A DNA stretch of 63,558 nt, filler included, from Octopus bimaculoides (taxonomy: Eukaryota), in assembly GCF_001194135.2 (NCBI RefSeq). It is 4 parts of 3 records of this genome, joined end to end, with 100 filler letters (N's around TTAATTAATTAA, not from the genome) between each part and the next. Parts side by side here need not be neighbours in the genome. Positions count along the whole stretch, not along the records: positions 41,362 to 60,526 come from NC_068982.1; positions 60,627 to 63,558 come from NW_026438770.1; 2 more parts are not named here. One strand, written 5' to 3'. Of this stretch, positions 49,261-62,345 are shown piece after piece (position 1 is the stretch's first letter; the number at the start of each line of letters is the position of its first letter). The notes beneath the pieces are model-generated. The model was given only the letters and a program-made list of their open reading frames with translations, ran no database searches and was not told the DNA's origin. The translations under genes were made by a program, and so were the position numbers.

Positions 49261-50154
49261 TATGTAGTAGGCCTCATTATGCTACGGTAATTTCATATCA
49301 ATGATAAGCATAATATTATGTCAAATTAAGCGTGGACGTAATATGAGAGTAGAAATCTTTTACCTCCACTATATCTATATAAAGTTGTCCTGAGTATAAA
49401 TTTAATCTACAAACGGTTGTAGGACAATTGTTCAGAAATTCCAGGATTTTGAAGAGTGTGGAACCAACTCTTGGTCACTATTGTTCTCAGGTCTATTCTA
49501 AAATTAAGAAGTAGCACTTCTCAGGGTCTCAGCTATGGGTTAATTAGAATGCCGTGGAAGAAGTTCCAGGCAGAAATCCTCACAGTTTCGTGAATGTCTT
49601 CAGAAAGGGACAGGCTAGGGGATTCAATATCGACAGCAAGTTAAAGAGTAGAGTCTCTCAGGCAGTCCGAGGCTATCTTTTACGCCCTTCCAACAACTCC
49701 TAGGTAGATGGAACCCTTTAGTCTTGTAAGGTAATTCACTGAGGAGAAGGTTACTCCAATGTTAAGCCTACAGCTTGCAGGTCAACGCGGCCACTGGTCA
49801 GATTTGCAAGCCTAAAGAGTGGGATCAGATAGCGCGAACTGATACTTACTCTAAAACTACCAAGCGCAGGTAGGAAGAAAAGCCTTGCATCGGGTTTGCA
49901 GATCTTCCTTTTGAACTTCGGAGAGGAAGAAACAGCTATCATCTTTACAAACCTATCTGCGATAATTTGAAACGCCCACTACGTGCTAATAGCCTTCACT
50001 TTGATGGTTAAATCGATTCGTTATCATCTCGTTCTCCAGTCAATAGTTAGCTTAGCTTACCGATCCGTGGATGGAAATAACCTTTTCGTTCGATTTGAAC
50101 GCTGTGGAAGTGATGGGCTACACATCTATCTATCTATCTATCTATCTATCTATA

Positions 50155-50189
<35 letters not shown>

Positions 50190-50464
50190 ATTTAAAATTT
50201 AAATAACAAGGGTGAAAAATTGAATATTAATTTGATTAATATCAAATTAAAACCAGTGGCCTAGCAAATTGAAAAAATCTGAAGATTCAGAAAAATTATA
50301 TTACATACATATAAGAGCGATGACCACTAAGTAGACATCCATTTTGCTAGAAGTAGACTACCTATGGTCTGACCACTAAAAAAAGATTGTTCTCAATAAA
50401 AATGCAGCAAACACAAGAACGTAAGCGAGCAAGACAAATGAAAAGATACAAAATATAAAGATTA

Positions 50465-50531
50465 ATCATAGACCGGTTTCGTTGTCACTACTTACGTAAT
50501 TACGTAATTGTCCGCAACACTTCAGTATGAT
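50465..50531 (-). ncRNA. Minimal type I hammerhead ribozyme-like motif (one core deviation, A9U)
   Basis: Minus: aucaua-CUGAAGU-guug-(30 nt)-caac-GAA-ACCGGU-C-uaugau: 6-bp helix I, G10.1-C11.1 helix II, palindromic helix III, GUC cleavage triplet. Confidence 0.65.
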
Positions 50532-50552
50532 CGTGTTGGTCAGACCATAAGT

Positions 50553-50619
<67 letters not shown>

Positions 50620-50870
50620 AGGAACGTGGTAGAGTACGGAGGGGATGCCCTTGAAGTCAACGATTTTAAACTAACGGAGACAGCACTCACATATCGCCTG
50701 AGGAAACACAACTAGATCTCATTATGCAAACAAACAGTTGCATAATGAAATACCTGTATTCTTGGAGAACTACGTTGCGTCGAATCAACTGTGGCGATTA
50801 CAAGATAACAGCCCAACCAGACTCCTTCTTGTTGATTCCAATTTCTTCGATTATATAAATATATATATAC

Positions 50871-50915
<45 letters not shown>

Positions 50916-51689
50916 TGTGTGTGTGTGTGTGTGTCTGTATTAGTATGTGTGTGTTTGTATGTATGTATGTATGTATGTATGTAAAGTCTGCATGTTTGGA
51001 AACACTAATTCGAGACCGAAAAATTGATATCAAGCTTTTAAAACTTAGTGTTTACATTACAAGTATAACTGTTAATTCATAGTTTATCAACATTCTTAAC
51101 GTTCATCTCCATCTAACATCGAATTAGTGTGGGACAGCGTGATACGTTGGGCAAATGTATTTATTTATGCATTTATGTATATATGCATATATACAAATGT
51201 GTGTGTATGTGTGTGAGAGAGAGAGAAAGAGAGAGAGTGTGTGCGTACAAGTATGTATTTATGTATGCAGGGATATGTATGTATGTTTGGGTTTGTGTCT
51301 ATGCATGCATTTGTGTGTATGTATGCAAGTATGAATATAGATATGTGTGTATGTATATATGTATTTATGTATAATTGGGGTGCTGCACTTCTTTCGAGCG
51401 TGCAATATTGAGTAACAAGTAAAATATTTTTTCTTATCAAACCTCGGCGATAATATCAAGTTTAGAATCAAAACAAAGACTACGAAGGAATTCGAGAGAT
51501 ACTTCGAATTCCAACTTTGAAGCACCCTAACTTTGCCGAGTAAGAGAGATCCTATGATATAGAAGTGAATTCAGTGAAGAAATAACATAAGGAACACGTT
51601 ACCTCTGTTCACTTTTTCTATGCCTTGTAAATCTATTTTTAATTCAATTTTATTTATTTTTTATTTCTTCTCTTCTTTTTTTTTTTAGA

Positions 51690-52048
51690 AGGAGTGGCGG
51701 TGTGGTAAGTAGCTTGCTTACCAGCCACATGGTTCCGGGTTCATTCCCACTGTGTGGTACCTTGGGCAAGTGTCTTCTACTATAGCCTCGGGCCGAGCAA
51801 AGCCTTGTGAGTGGATTTGGTAGACGGAAACTGAAAGAAGCCCGTCGTATATATATATATATATGTATGTGTGTTTGTGTGTCTGTGTTTGTCCTCCCAC
51901 CATCGCTTGACAACCGATGTTGGTGTGTTTACGCCCCCGTAACTTAGTGGTTCGGCAAAAAGAGACCGATAGAATAAGTACTAGGCTTACAAAGAATAAG
52001 TCCTGGGGTCGATTTTCTCGACTAAAGGTGGTGCTCCAACATGGCCGC
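51690..52048 (+). mobile_element. SINE A, young, tail cut by N gap
   Basis: Near-identical to 34652-35030. Confidence 0.95.
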
Positions 52049-52624
52049 NNNNNNNNNNNNNNNNNNNNNNNNNNNNNNNNNNNNNNNNNNNNNNNNNNNN
52101 NNNNNNNNNNNNNNNNNNNNNNNNNNNNNNNNNNNNNNNNNNNNNNNNNNNNNNNNNNNNNNNNNNNNNNNNNNNNNNNNNNNNNNNNNNNNNNNNNNNN
52201 NNNNNNNNNNNNNNNNNNNNNNNNNNNNNNNNNNNNNNNNNNNNNNNNNNNNNNNNNNNNNNNNNNNNNNNNNNNNNNNNNNNNNNNNNNNNNNNNNNNN
52301 NNNNNNNNNNNNNNNNNNNNNNNNNNNNNNNNNNNNNNNNNNNNNNNNNNNNNNNNNNNNNNNNNNNNNNNNNNNNNNNNNNNNNNNNNNNNNNNNNNNN
52401 NNNNNNNNNNNNNNNNNNNNNNNNNNNNNNNNNNNNNNNNNNNNNNNNNNNNNNNNNNNNNNNNNTTTTTTTTTTATTACGGTGCCGTGATTTACAATCC
52501 TGCAAATATTAATGATGGTATTTTTTTTATATGAGGTTAAAGCTTATGGCGATCACCGTGCATGAGTAAGGAAAATAGTCTAATAAAGGGGCATATAAGC
52601 CCTCGAAAGAAAAAAGAAGGCTTT

Positions 52625-52800
52625 CTTATCCGCCGCTTGACAACCTGTAACTTAGCGGTTCGACAAAAGCACCGATAGAATAAACCAGTGTTTAAAAAAA
52701 AAGCCCAGGGTGTCAATTTGATCGACTAAAATCCTTCAAGGCGGTGCTCCAGCGTGGCCGGAGACAATGACTGAAACAAGCAAAAGATAAAAGATAAACG
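52625..52800 (+). mobile_element. SINE A 3' half
   Basis: cgcttgacaacc...aacttagcggttcg...gactgaaacaagcaaaagataaaaga. Confidence 0.85.
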
Positions 52801-53130
52801 ATAAATATAACAATGCATGAAAATAACAATAAAAAAGAGAGAGACAAAAAAGAAAAAACATATATGTAATACCGTGTCTTATCTATAAATATAAACACAA
52901 AAGAAGCTATAGAAATTCACAATGATTAGAATCTCTCATGCGCTAGTCTCGTGAAAAATAAATAGAATTAATTTATTAACCCTTGAATCATGTTCTAAAA
53001 CATATTTGCTCGGCAATATGTATTCGACTCAGTAATTCCATTCTATAATACTTTTGAAATGATTTGGTACTGCATACCATTTCTTTTTAATAATAAACAA
53101 CGGGTACACCCACATACACCTCTCTCTGTC

Positions 53131-53161
<31 letters not shown>

Positions 53162-53190
53162 CTGTCTGTCTGTCTGTCTGTCTCTGTCTT

Positions 53191-53227
<37 letters not shown>

Positions 53228-53997
53228 GTGCATGTGTGTGTGTATGTATACGTGTATGCATGTTTATGATCATGTTTACGATCTTAAAATCTCATGTAGT
53301 TATGTTGCGCTCTTTTATGTCTCTTAAGCTTGCGGTTCGATAATTAGACATATACTTGTACAGATATTCCTACTTTATTCCTATTTTATTTTATTTGTAT
53401 TATTAAAATAGTAGGATACGTTATTTGAATTTATAAAGACCTTAAGAGCGACTCCATTTTGAGTAGAATTTATCTTGATCGATTTATTGTGAATCGTACA
53501 GATTTTTTCGGCTATTACGTGGCCACGAAACGCGCGTGGTCTACAATTCACTTTCTTTTTTATCAACTTACTTAACTAATGAAATTTTAAGTCTAGTATT
53601 TTATAGATTTTTATGGATTATTGTTATGTCTCAAGCTACTGCTATCTAGCACCTTCGGATGATCTCTACTCAACCGCTACACAACTGCTACTCGACTGCT
53701 ACTCAACTGCTACTGAACACACCTACCACGGCCAGACTACCTCTATTTATATGTCTTGGGAGATCCTACGTCTTCGCCTAGGGGCGTCGATACAACGACT
53801 ATAAACTATTCTTTTAGATTTTATAGATTTTTAAATTAGTATTTTGTACAGTACGTTTTTCTTGATGGTGTCTAATCTCCATTACTGTTTGAATTGCATT
53901 TTGGTGGTTCTTCTCTAAATTATTAACATATTTATTATAAAATTCAATATGGTATTACTAAATTGAATATCCTGGTAAGTTTGGATTTTGACATTCC

Positions 53998-54035
<38 letters not shown>

Positions 54036-54894
54036 TTCATATATACACACGCAAGCAAAATATGGCATACACATGCAAACATACACATATACATACACAT
54101 ATACTATTATGTACACATGTACAGTTCATATATAATGTACAAGCACAGATATATCTATGTTCTTGCACACACACACACACACACAAACACACAAGTAAAC
54201 GCACAAAGCTATATGACTCCGTTCCCATATGCACATATCCGGCTTGCTAAATATATATTTATATGCATTCCAGCTGCGCACTGGGGCGTGATATACGGCA
54301 TGTAATTTCACAGATCGTATTTTACGCCTGGACACTAATACATGGATAGATATGCCACCATCGGACACAATTTCCAAGCATTAAAAAATTGCTAATCTTC
54401 AGATATGTAAAATCTGTATACAAATCTGTGCGTGAAGTCAAAATAATCGTGTAAAAAATGTGCAAAAGCCATATAAATCATTCAAACTGGCAAATTACAT
54501 ATTTACAGAAGATCAGGAGTACAGAAATACATATTTGTTATTCTATAGAGTTACGGAATTACAATTGGGTTGTATAATCGTGTTGCACGATTGCGATATT
54601 GTAGAAAAGGAAGTTTCTGTATTTAGAAATACGGGAATACAGGAATGCAGGAATACTGGGAAAAGAAACACGAAGAGTGAATTGTTAGCTTTCAGGTTTG
54701 AGGATATACAAACATGAATTTACTAGACTTTATAATGCAGAGTCTAAAAAATTACAAATTTACGAAGAGTGATTAGACACAGAGAAATGCAGTACCTTAC
54801 AAATATAAGACCTTACAATTTTACAAATACAGTTTGAAATATCCAAATACTAAATTACTGAGCTAAGCTTCAAAATGCGACGTTAGAAAATGAC

Positions 54895-55148
54895 AAATAT
54901 TGGTTTCATATTTTGGCACAAGGACAGCAATTTTGGCTCAAAGCTAGCTCGCTGCCTTACACCATTCTAATATTGGTTTCAAATTTTGGCACAAGGCCAA
55001 TTATTTCGGGGAATATGGAAAAGTCGAATACATCAACCCCAGTGATCAACTGGTACTTATTTTGTTGACCCAGAAAAGGCAAAGTCAATCCCGGCGGAAT
55101 TTGGACTCAGAGCATGAAGACGGACAAAATGCCAGCTCGACGCCTTAC
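54895..55148 (-). mobile_element. Two internally deleted SINE B copies in tandem
   Basis: Tail ttggtttca(t/a)attttggcacaagg twice, each followed by a head remnant (gctagctcgctgcc, gccagctcgacgcc). Confidence 0.8.
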
Positions 55149-55310
55149 AAACTCAGAAATATTAAAAATATGGAAGTTGTCCTTCATAATTCGGGATTAA
55201 AATATTGTTACAGTATCGCACTAATATAGAATATTGTTCATACAAACATGTTACATGAAGCTTCACATGTTCCAGCAGCCAGTAAAATAAGCATGTAAAT
55301 GAGGAGTTTA

Positions 55311-56219
55311 CAAGGTGCATTCCCGAGGTTTTTAAACTTTTTCAAGAGAGACATTTATTAATTTCAAAAAAAGTACACAACACTAATCCCCTTCAAAGTA
55401 GAATCCTCTCACTTCAATACACGTATTGTAGTGCTCCAGTCACTTCGTGAAGGCCCTATGGAAATCCTTCAAAGTGAATGTGTCCTGGACCCTTGTCACA
55501 GCTTCCTTCAACTCCCAAACGAATACCCCTGAAATTTTCTTTCACTTTGAGGAACAACTAAAAGTCACAGGGAACAAATCTGAACTGTAGAGATGGTGAG
55601 GGACATTTTTGATGCCCACCTCTGTCAAGTCTTTGGTTACCAGGACGCTCGTCACTGAGCACTCTGCAAACAAACTGCGCACAAATTTCGTGCGTGTTCA
55701 TAGCTTCATGAATAATTCTATGTACAGTTGCTACACCAACTCTAAAGTGTATGTTTATTGTCTTTATAGACATACAACGGTCTTTATCCAGAAAATTGCC
55801 AATTTTCTCAACCAACTCTGATGTTCTGCTGTCCTTTCACTCCAACAGTTCTCATCGTCTCTCACTTCCTCTATACCGTCCTTGAACCTCTTGTGCCAGC
55901 GACATAGTTAAGGTATATGCAATCTGGAGCATTTCATGAGTTTCTGTAGCGCTCTTGCCCAATTTAACACAAAATTTTATTGCAATGCGAGCTTCCAAAC
56001 GTCCCGATTGCATTTTGCAAACTAGTCAGCTATGATAAGGAGTGTTTAGTTGGGCGTGTTCAAAGTGCTAATACAGCCGGCTCTCAATCTGAAATAACAA
56101 AAGTTGGCAGGTCTGCGTATTAGATCTGTAGTAATGATTTACTAAAATCACAGTAATCTAGGACAGATATAACTGCCTCACCTAAAAGAAATGTCTGAAA
56201 TCTTCTGGAATGCACTTCA
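55311..56219 (-). mobile_element. Internally deleted mariner element (909 bp) with TA duplications
   Basis: Degenerate TIRs caaggtgcattcc / ggaatgcacttca; HTH remnant DKDRCMSIKTI...VATVHRIIHE...ICAQFVCRVLSDE; C-terminus DFHRAFTK*LEHYNTCIEVRGFYFEGD*. Confidence 0.85.
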
Positions 56220-57056
56220 TACATAGAGTGATTGAGCGCAGTGCTGATGTAAAGCACATAGGAAGTTCATTATAGTAGATATTATGTGGTACTTGGACCA
56301 CTGAATGTTAGTTAACAGCAGTTTTTTAAAGGTTTTCAATAGGTGACTTGAGCTTGTGCATACAAGTGAAGTTTATTTCAAATTAGGTTTAAGTATTAGG
56401 TTGGAGCAATTTAGCAGGCATCCGCGTTTGAAAAGATTGTATGTGAACATTTTAGTCAAGATTTGTGCGCCATGTAGTCTTCTGTTTAATGAGATATCTG
56501 CTGGAAAACCGTAGACTTAGTTTTAGCTAGGGGTCTTGATTATTGAAGATAGATGGATGATTTAATGCTTTTATTAATACATTGTATCGGAGTTTAAATA
56601 TTAGATCTATTTGGCATAGTCGGGGACAATTCCTTCTAGCAACTTCCATGCACCTGAAAATCCACGACTTGGTAATGTAGCAATGTACGTGCGTCTTGAT
56701 GACTGTACGTGCGTCTTCTTTTACCTCATAGTAGTTAGCTTGCAATGAAAATAAAAATCTCACGAGCTACCAATCCGACCTACTAACTCGCTTTGAATTT
56801 TGAGCACCACTGTCACCGGCCTCGAAAGGACTCCGAACGCCATAAGCACTACTTGTTTTAAACGTAACAAAATCAGGGGAGAGACAACAAATAAAATCGC
56901 TTCATTTACGAAATATCGCCGGTACGAACTAAATGTACCTCTGCGGTTGTGTGAGAAACTCTGATTACCAACAGCATTCTCGTCAACTGATTCTTAATAG
57001 ATATAAATACGGCACGTACTGAGTATTCTTTTTATTCCATTTCAATAAAGAAACGA

Positions 57057-57067
57057 GTGTGTGCGTG

Positions 57068-57107
<40 letters not shown>

Positions 57108-57157
57108 CGTGCGTGCGCGTGTATGTGTATGTATGTGTCTATGTATGTGTATGTGTC

Positions 57158-57202
<45 letters not shown>

Positions 57203-57248
57203 ATATGTATGTATGTGTCTATGTATGTGTATGTGTCTGTATGTGTGT
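57057..57248. repeat. (TG)/(TATG) compound microsatellite
   Basis: Direct inspection. Confidence 0.93.
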
Positions 57249-57805
57249 TAGAGCTCAGACCAGAGCAGATAACTAAAACCCAATGTCAAACAAAGAGAAA
57301 CAAAATCCAGGAGAAATATTACTGAAACGACGAAGAAAGTACAAAAGTACAAAAACGAATTGGAACAATTAACAAACGTTAGATACGATTTCAAGTAAGA
57401 GCAACATACAAACGAAATCTGGTTTGTTGTTGCATCGTTAAGGGTTACTACTACGTTATAGAAACAGAGGGAAAAGTGTAGTCTACATGTTCTGGCCATC
57501 TGCTTCGTTTATGGTTAATTAAACGGGGTTAAAGAGCAAAGGTTTCAGATTAGTTTCACTTGCTGTCAAGCTATAAATATTATGGCAGCGGAGGTTGGTA
57601 ACGGTGTTGCTGTACTTATAGCGGGATTGCGTAGGGCGGTAGCGGGTGGGGGGGTGGTGACCGGTGAAAAAAGCTAATGGGGAAGGGATTGAGGGGTTGA
57701 AAGAGAAGTTGTGTTTGCAAATGTTGGAATAGGTGGAAATCGTAATAGTTACAAAAAAATCCATTTCTCCCTTCTTCTCTTCTCTTTGTTTCTACATCGC
57801 TCCCA

Positions 57806-57842
<37 letters not shown>

Positions 57843-58339
57843 CATCCTGCTTTTAGTCATCAGTAGCGCTGCTGTGGAATGGATAAATAAGCACGCCTAA
57901 TGAAAACCATCACAAAATGAAACCATGCAAAATAAATGGGTGGCGAGTGAAGGGCAGAAGTGGAAGGTACTAACGAAGAAAAATGAAATAAAATAATCTA
58001 GAAGACCAGAGAGCATCCAATTCCCTCAGCTCAATCTATATTAGGTCGAGGTTAAAAACCGATTTAAAAAGCATTCTAGCTGCTGTGTTTATATCAGCTA
58101 ATATCAAAATTCGCCCAAAATTTAGCCAATTATATTGTTAAATTTTTAAGAGTTTAAACATAGTTATTCACAAAATGCAAAAACAAAACAATATGAACTT
58201 ACATTCAAGAAGTTTCTTGATTATCGCTCAAAATATCCGTTTGAGGATGATGAACGAAGCCCCCATGTTTCCAGGGGTGAATTATTGAAATGAATTCCTC
58301 TCAAAGAATTCAAACGAATTCTTCCAAGGAATTCCTCTC

Positions 58340-58584
58340 AACACATGTCTATGATGCTCCCCTGCTACTTCTGCTTGTGATCAGAAATGCACATGTCGTC
58401 AGAGACTAAGGAACATGCTCAACTGGTTTAAGGTCAAGCAGCTGAAGAGCAAATCGGTAGTATTGAGCAGAATATTTGCTGTAGCTCATCTTTAAATACC
58501 AAGACAAAACATATACATGATAACACTTCCAGTCGGTCAATACCGAAGACCATGAGAGTCACTGCCTCGTACTGCATAGAGGAC

Positions 58585-58632
<48 letters not shown>

Positions 58633-58670
58633 TACTACTACTACTACTACTATTATTATTATTATTATTA
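58340..58670 (+). mobile_element. Unclassified retroposon 3' end with (TAT/TAC)n tail
   Basis: Complex sequence ending directly in a long trinucleotide tail (58586-58670); single copy in this window. Confidence 0.5.
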
Positions 58671-58904
58671 CCTCTATAAACCTGATTCACAGCATGGAAA
58701 ACACTTTCTAGTAAACAGCTGCTGTATATTTTCTATGCAATATTCACAACTTGAAGATGTATGTGTATCACCACTGCAAGGGCATTTTCTTGTGTTTATT
58801 TAAAGATCATTTAAACAAATCATTTCCACCATAACACCCGTTTCTTGCCATACACTTTCACCAGAAAAAAAAAAAAACAAGCCATGGAAAACAAAGATGG
58901 TTTT

Positions 58905-59123
58905 TAATAATTCTTTTGGCTATAGACACCAGGCTTGGAATTTGGCAGAAGATAGCTAATCGATTACATCAAACCTAGTGTTCAACTAATATTTTAAAGA
59001 CCTCAAAGGGTGTAAGGCAAAGTTCACCTCGATGAAATTTGAGCTCAGAACGTAAGGACGGACAAAGTGCTACTGGGCATTTATTTTGTCCGGTGTGCTA
59101 ACGATTCTGCCAGCTCACCACCT
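58905..59123 (-). mobile_element. SINE B, diverged
   Basis: tttgagctcagaacgtaaggacggac...gtgctaacgattctgccagctcaccacct. Confidence 0.85.
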
Positions 59124-59595
59124 TAGTCTATTTTTAAATATTACAACCAAAACCAGACAATTACTACCGTCTCTATTTTCTTTTTTTTTCTTTATATTAT
59201 TTTATTTTTTATTTTTTATTATTTCATTTTTTTTTCGCGGTTTCTAATTATAGTCGTAATTTTACACTGCTTCTGTTCAGGTGTCAGCTTACCGTTTTTA
59301 ATCACAAGCTACTTTCCTTCATAAGACAGCTTACAAAATTCTTTAAGACATTTATTCTATTGACAATATTTGAAAGGGTTAATTTTTGAAATACAATACA
59401 TATTACAATCACCAGAAGCAAACGATGTAACTTAGCGAACACAAGTAACCGACACATCTGAAGCAAAAAAGAACGAAACTATTCAAAGAGAAGAGTAATT
59501 TTCAGACGTGTTGATGGATTATGTCTGTTCACAAGTGCACATTCAATCCTGCAGTGGAAGTTAGGCATTGTACTGCCTTTATGTTACTATATATA

Positions 59596-60504
59596 TTGTG
59601 TCATCCCATAAATAATGCGGTTTTTTAAATACTTCTTTTGTCTTTAAAAATTAAGATAAAATTTACTCTCCTTCAATTTTCTACAATGCTCTTTCTTCTA
59701 TCCAGTTGACTTGCTACGCCCCTCTGCCAAATTTCACTTGTCCGTCACGAAAAATACTCCCCCAGTACTGTTCTGATCTCGTTTACAGAATTCATATTTT
59801 TCCGTTTAGATAATTTTGAAGACTGCGGAATAAATGATAATCAGATGGACGAAATATGGTGTCCGGCAAATATGGAGCGTGGAGCATCGTTTCCCATTCA
59901 AAGTGCTCCAGCCTTTGTAATTTCATCCTCGCTGTATGTGACCAAGCATTGTCCTGATGGAAGAACACCTTTTGTCTTGAAACCATAGATGGTCATTTTC
60001 CGATGGCACGCAAGTGTCTATGAATGTTTAAATGACCAAATCCAAGCTACTCTGCTAGTTCATCAACAGTTACGATGGGATTTTGTTCCATCAGAGTTTT
60101 CAAGACGTCCTCGTCGAGCTCTACAGATCTTTCAGGACGAGGTGCATCTTCTAGGTTGTGGTTTCTGGCTCAGAATTTCTGGAACCAACGTTGACACTGG
60201 TTTACGTATGTTGTCCGATCGCCATATACTGCATTAATATTCCTCGCCCATTCCGTTGCGCTGTTGTTTCTAATGTGCTCATAAAGCAAAATATACCGAA
60301 TATGCTCCTTTGTCATTTCCATTATAGCTTTGAAAAAATAACTGCGGAAATCGAACTGAACTCTTCAAAATTTTCACTAAGAATAAGGACAAAGTAAAAT
60401 TACTACCTGATTTTATAGCAAGTTGATGCAGGTAGTTTATTCCGTCTCCCTCCGCTTGTAGTTCATGCAACTGAAAAAACCGCATTATTTATAAATTGAC
60501 CCAA
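59596..60504 (-). mobile_element. Internally deleted mariner element (909 bp) with TA duplications
   Basis: 31-bp TIRs, 26/31 identical; KEHIRYILLYEH N-terminus; FHQDNAWSHT, HAPYLPD, PSDYHLFRSLQNYL motifs. Confidence 0.92.
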
Positions 60505-60526
60505 TATACATGTGTATGTATATATA

Positions 60527-60626
60527 NNNNNNNNNNNNNNNNNNNNNNNNNNNNNNNNNNNNNNNNNNNNTTAATTAATTAANNNNNNNNNNNNNNNNNN
60601 NNNNNNNNNNNNNNNNNNNNNNNNNN
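60527..60626. other. Artificial linker 44N-TTAATTAATTAA-44N
   Basis: Same as 25438-25537. Confidence 0.95.
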
Positions 60627-60634
60627 TATATATG

Positions 60635-60853
60635 TATGTGTGTGTATATCTTTGTGTGTTTGTGTTTGTCCTCCCAACATCGCTTGACAACTGATGCTGG
60701 TGTGTTTACGTCCCCGTAAATTAGCGGTTCGGCAAAAAATAGAATAAGTACTAGGCTTACAAAGAATAAGTCCTGGGTTCGATTTGCTCGACTAAAGGCG
60801 GTGCTCCAGCATGGCCACAGTCAAATGACTGAAACAAGTAAAAGAGTAAAGAG
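60635..60853 (+). mobile_element. SINE A 3' half, young
   Basis: catcgcttgacaactgatgctgg...gtcaaatgactgaaacaagtaaaagagtaaagagta. Confidence 0.93.
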
Positions 60854-61479
60854 TATATATTAGCCAGAAAAATCAGCGATGTGGTGAATGCGTGATAGGT
60901 GAACCACAATATGGTGAGGGATTACTGTATATACACATATATCAGGTCACGCTCGAATGCCACTGGTCACTCTTGAACACTACTGGTAACATGTAACCCA
61001 GTACATCCTGTTACATGGTTGGGTTGTCGGTGACTAAATTGGCATCCCCACCAAGATTGTTTGGTGAGGAGGATAATTGTTGGACACCTAATGGAACAAA
61101 AATTAAGACCCATCAAAGGGTGGAAAAATTAATGAGTAGTCAACGATCATTCAACAATGTGTGTAGTGTGTATGTATGGAATATATATATATATATATAT
61201 ATTGTATATTTTTAAACTTCTTTTTATATTTATATTTTCATATTCATATTCATATTCATGATTCCTCTTATATCCCATTGATGTTGTTTATATATATTCT
61301 TATTTCATTTATATTTTTAAAAAAATTTTCATATATTGACATATGTATACATATATACCTATGTATATATATGTACACATGTATGTATATATATATACAC
61401 ACACATATATGCATAAATATATGTATACACACATATATCTATACACTCACACACACACATTATATATGTATAAATATAT

Positions 61480-61560
61480 CATCATCATCGTTTAATATCC
61501 ACTTTCCATGCTAGCATGGGTTGGACGATTTGACTGAGGACTGGTGAACCAGATGGCTAC
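61480..61560 (-). mobile_element. Family E 3' end
   Basis: catcatcgtttaatatccactttccatgctagcatgggttggacgatttgactgagg. Confidence 0.85.
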
Positions 61561-61603
61561 ACACACATATATGTATACATATATATACATACACATATGT
61601 GTG

Positions 61604-61648
<45 letters not shown>

Positions 61649-61843
61649 ATATATATATACATACACGTGTTTATAGATAGATAGACATATTCATACATAT
61701 ATATATATACTTATACATATATACATACATAAATACATGCACACGCGCACAAACACACACACACACACACACACAAATACATGATCAGATAGACTCCAAA
61801 GAGACCAGTTTTGCTCTGTGTCGGCAAGACTTGTGTCATTCAG

Positions 61844-61950
61844 TAAAAATCGATGCAAAGAGGACAGCAAACATGCTGTGGGCAATCGAAAAATTCAACG
61901 TTTCAAATAAAGATATTCTTCAGGGAACATTTGAAAGGAGAAAAATTAAC
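61844..61950 (+). CDS. Candidate exon KIDAKRTANMLWAIEKFNVSNKDILQGTFERRKIN (107 bp, phase 1 to 0)
   Basis: ttgtgtcattcag acceptor, aac|gtaaga donor, one open frame. Confidence 0.25.
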
Positions 61951-62012
61951 GTAAGACAGCAAACTTTCACATCCTGTAAGTTAAACTGAGTGAAAGAGAT
62001 GAAGATTAAGTA

Positions 62013-62345
62013 TGCAGCAGGATGGCTGTGTGGTAAGATACTTAGATCCCCAACCACATGGTTCCAAGTTCAGTCCCACTGCTTCGTACTTTGGGCAAAT
62101 GTCATCTACTACAGCCTCAGGCTGACTAAAGCCTCGGGAGTGGATTTGATAGAAACAGAAAGAAGCCTATTGTATTATATATATATATATATATATATAT
62201 ACGCACACAAATACAGGCTTGACTGTGTGGTAAGAGGCTTGCTTCCCAACCACATAGTTCTGGGTTCAGTCCCACTATGTGGCACCTTGGGCAAGTGTTT
62301 TTCTACTATAGCCTCAGACCGACCTGAACCTTGTGAGTCGATTTG
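62013..62345 (+). mobile_element. Two tandem SINE A heads (~62013-62165, ~62213-62345)
   Basis: ggctgtgtggtaag / gactgtgtggtaag heads, each with a ttgggcaa core. Confidence 0.87.

Noticed and set aside
49520-49960. Possible decayed retroelement ORF
   Set aside because: Composition suggests old coding sequence, but no diagnostic motif could be read on either strand.
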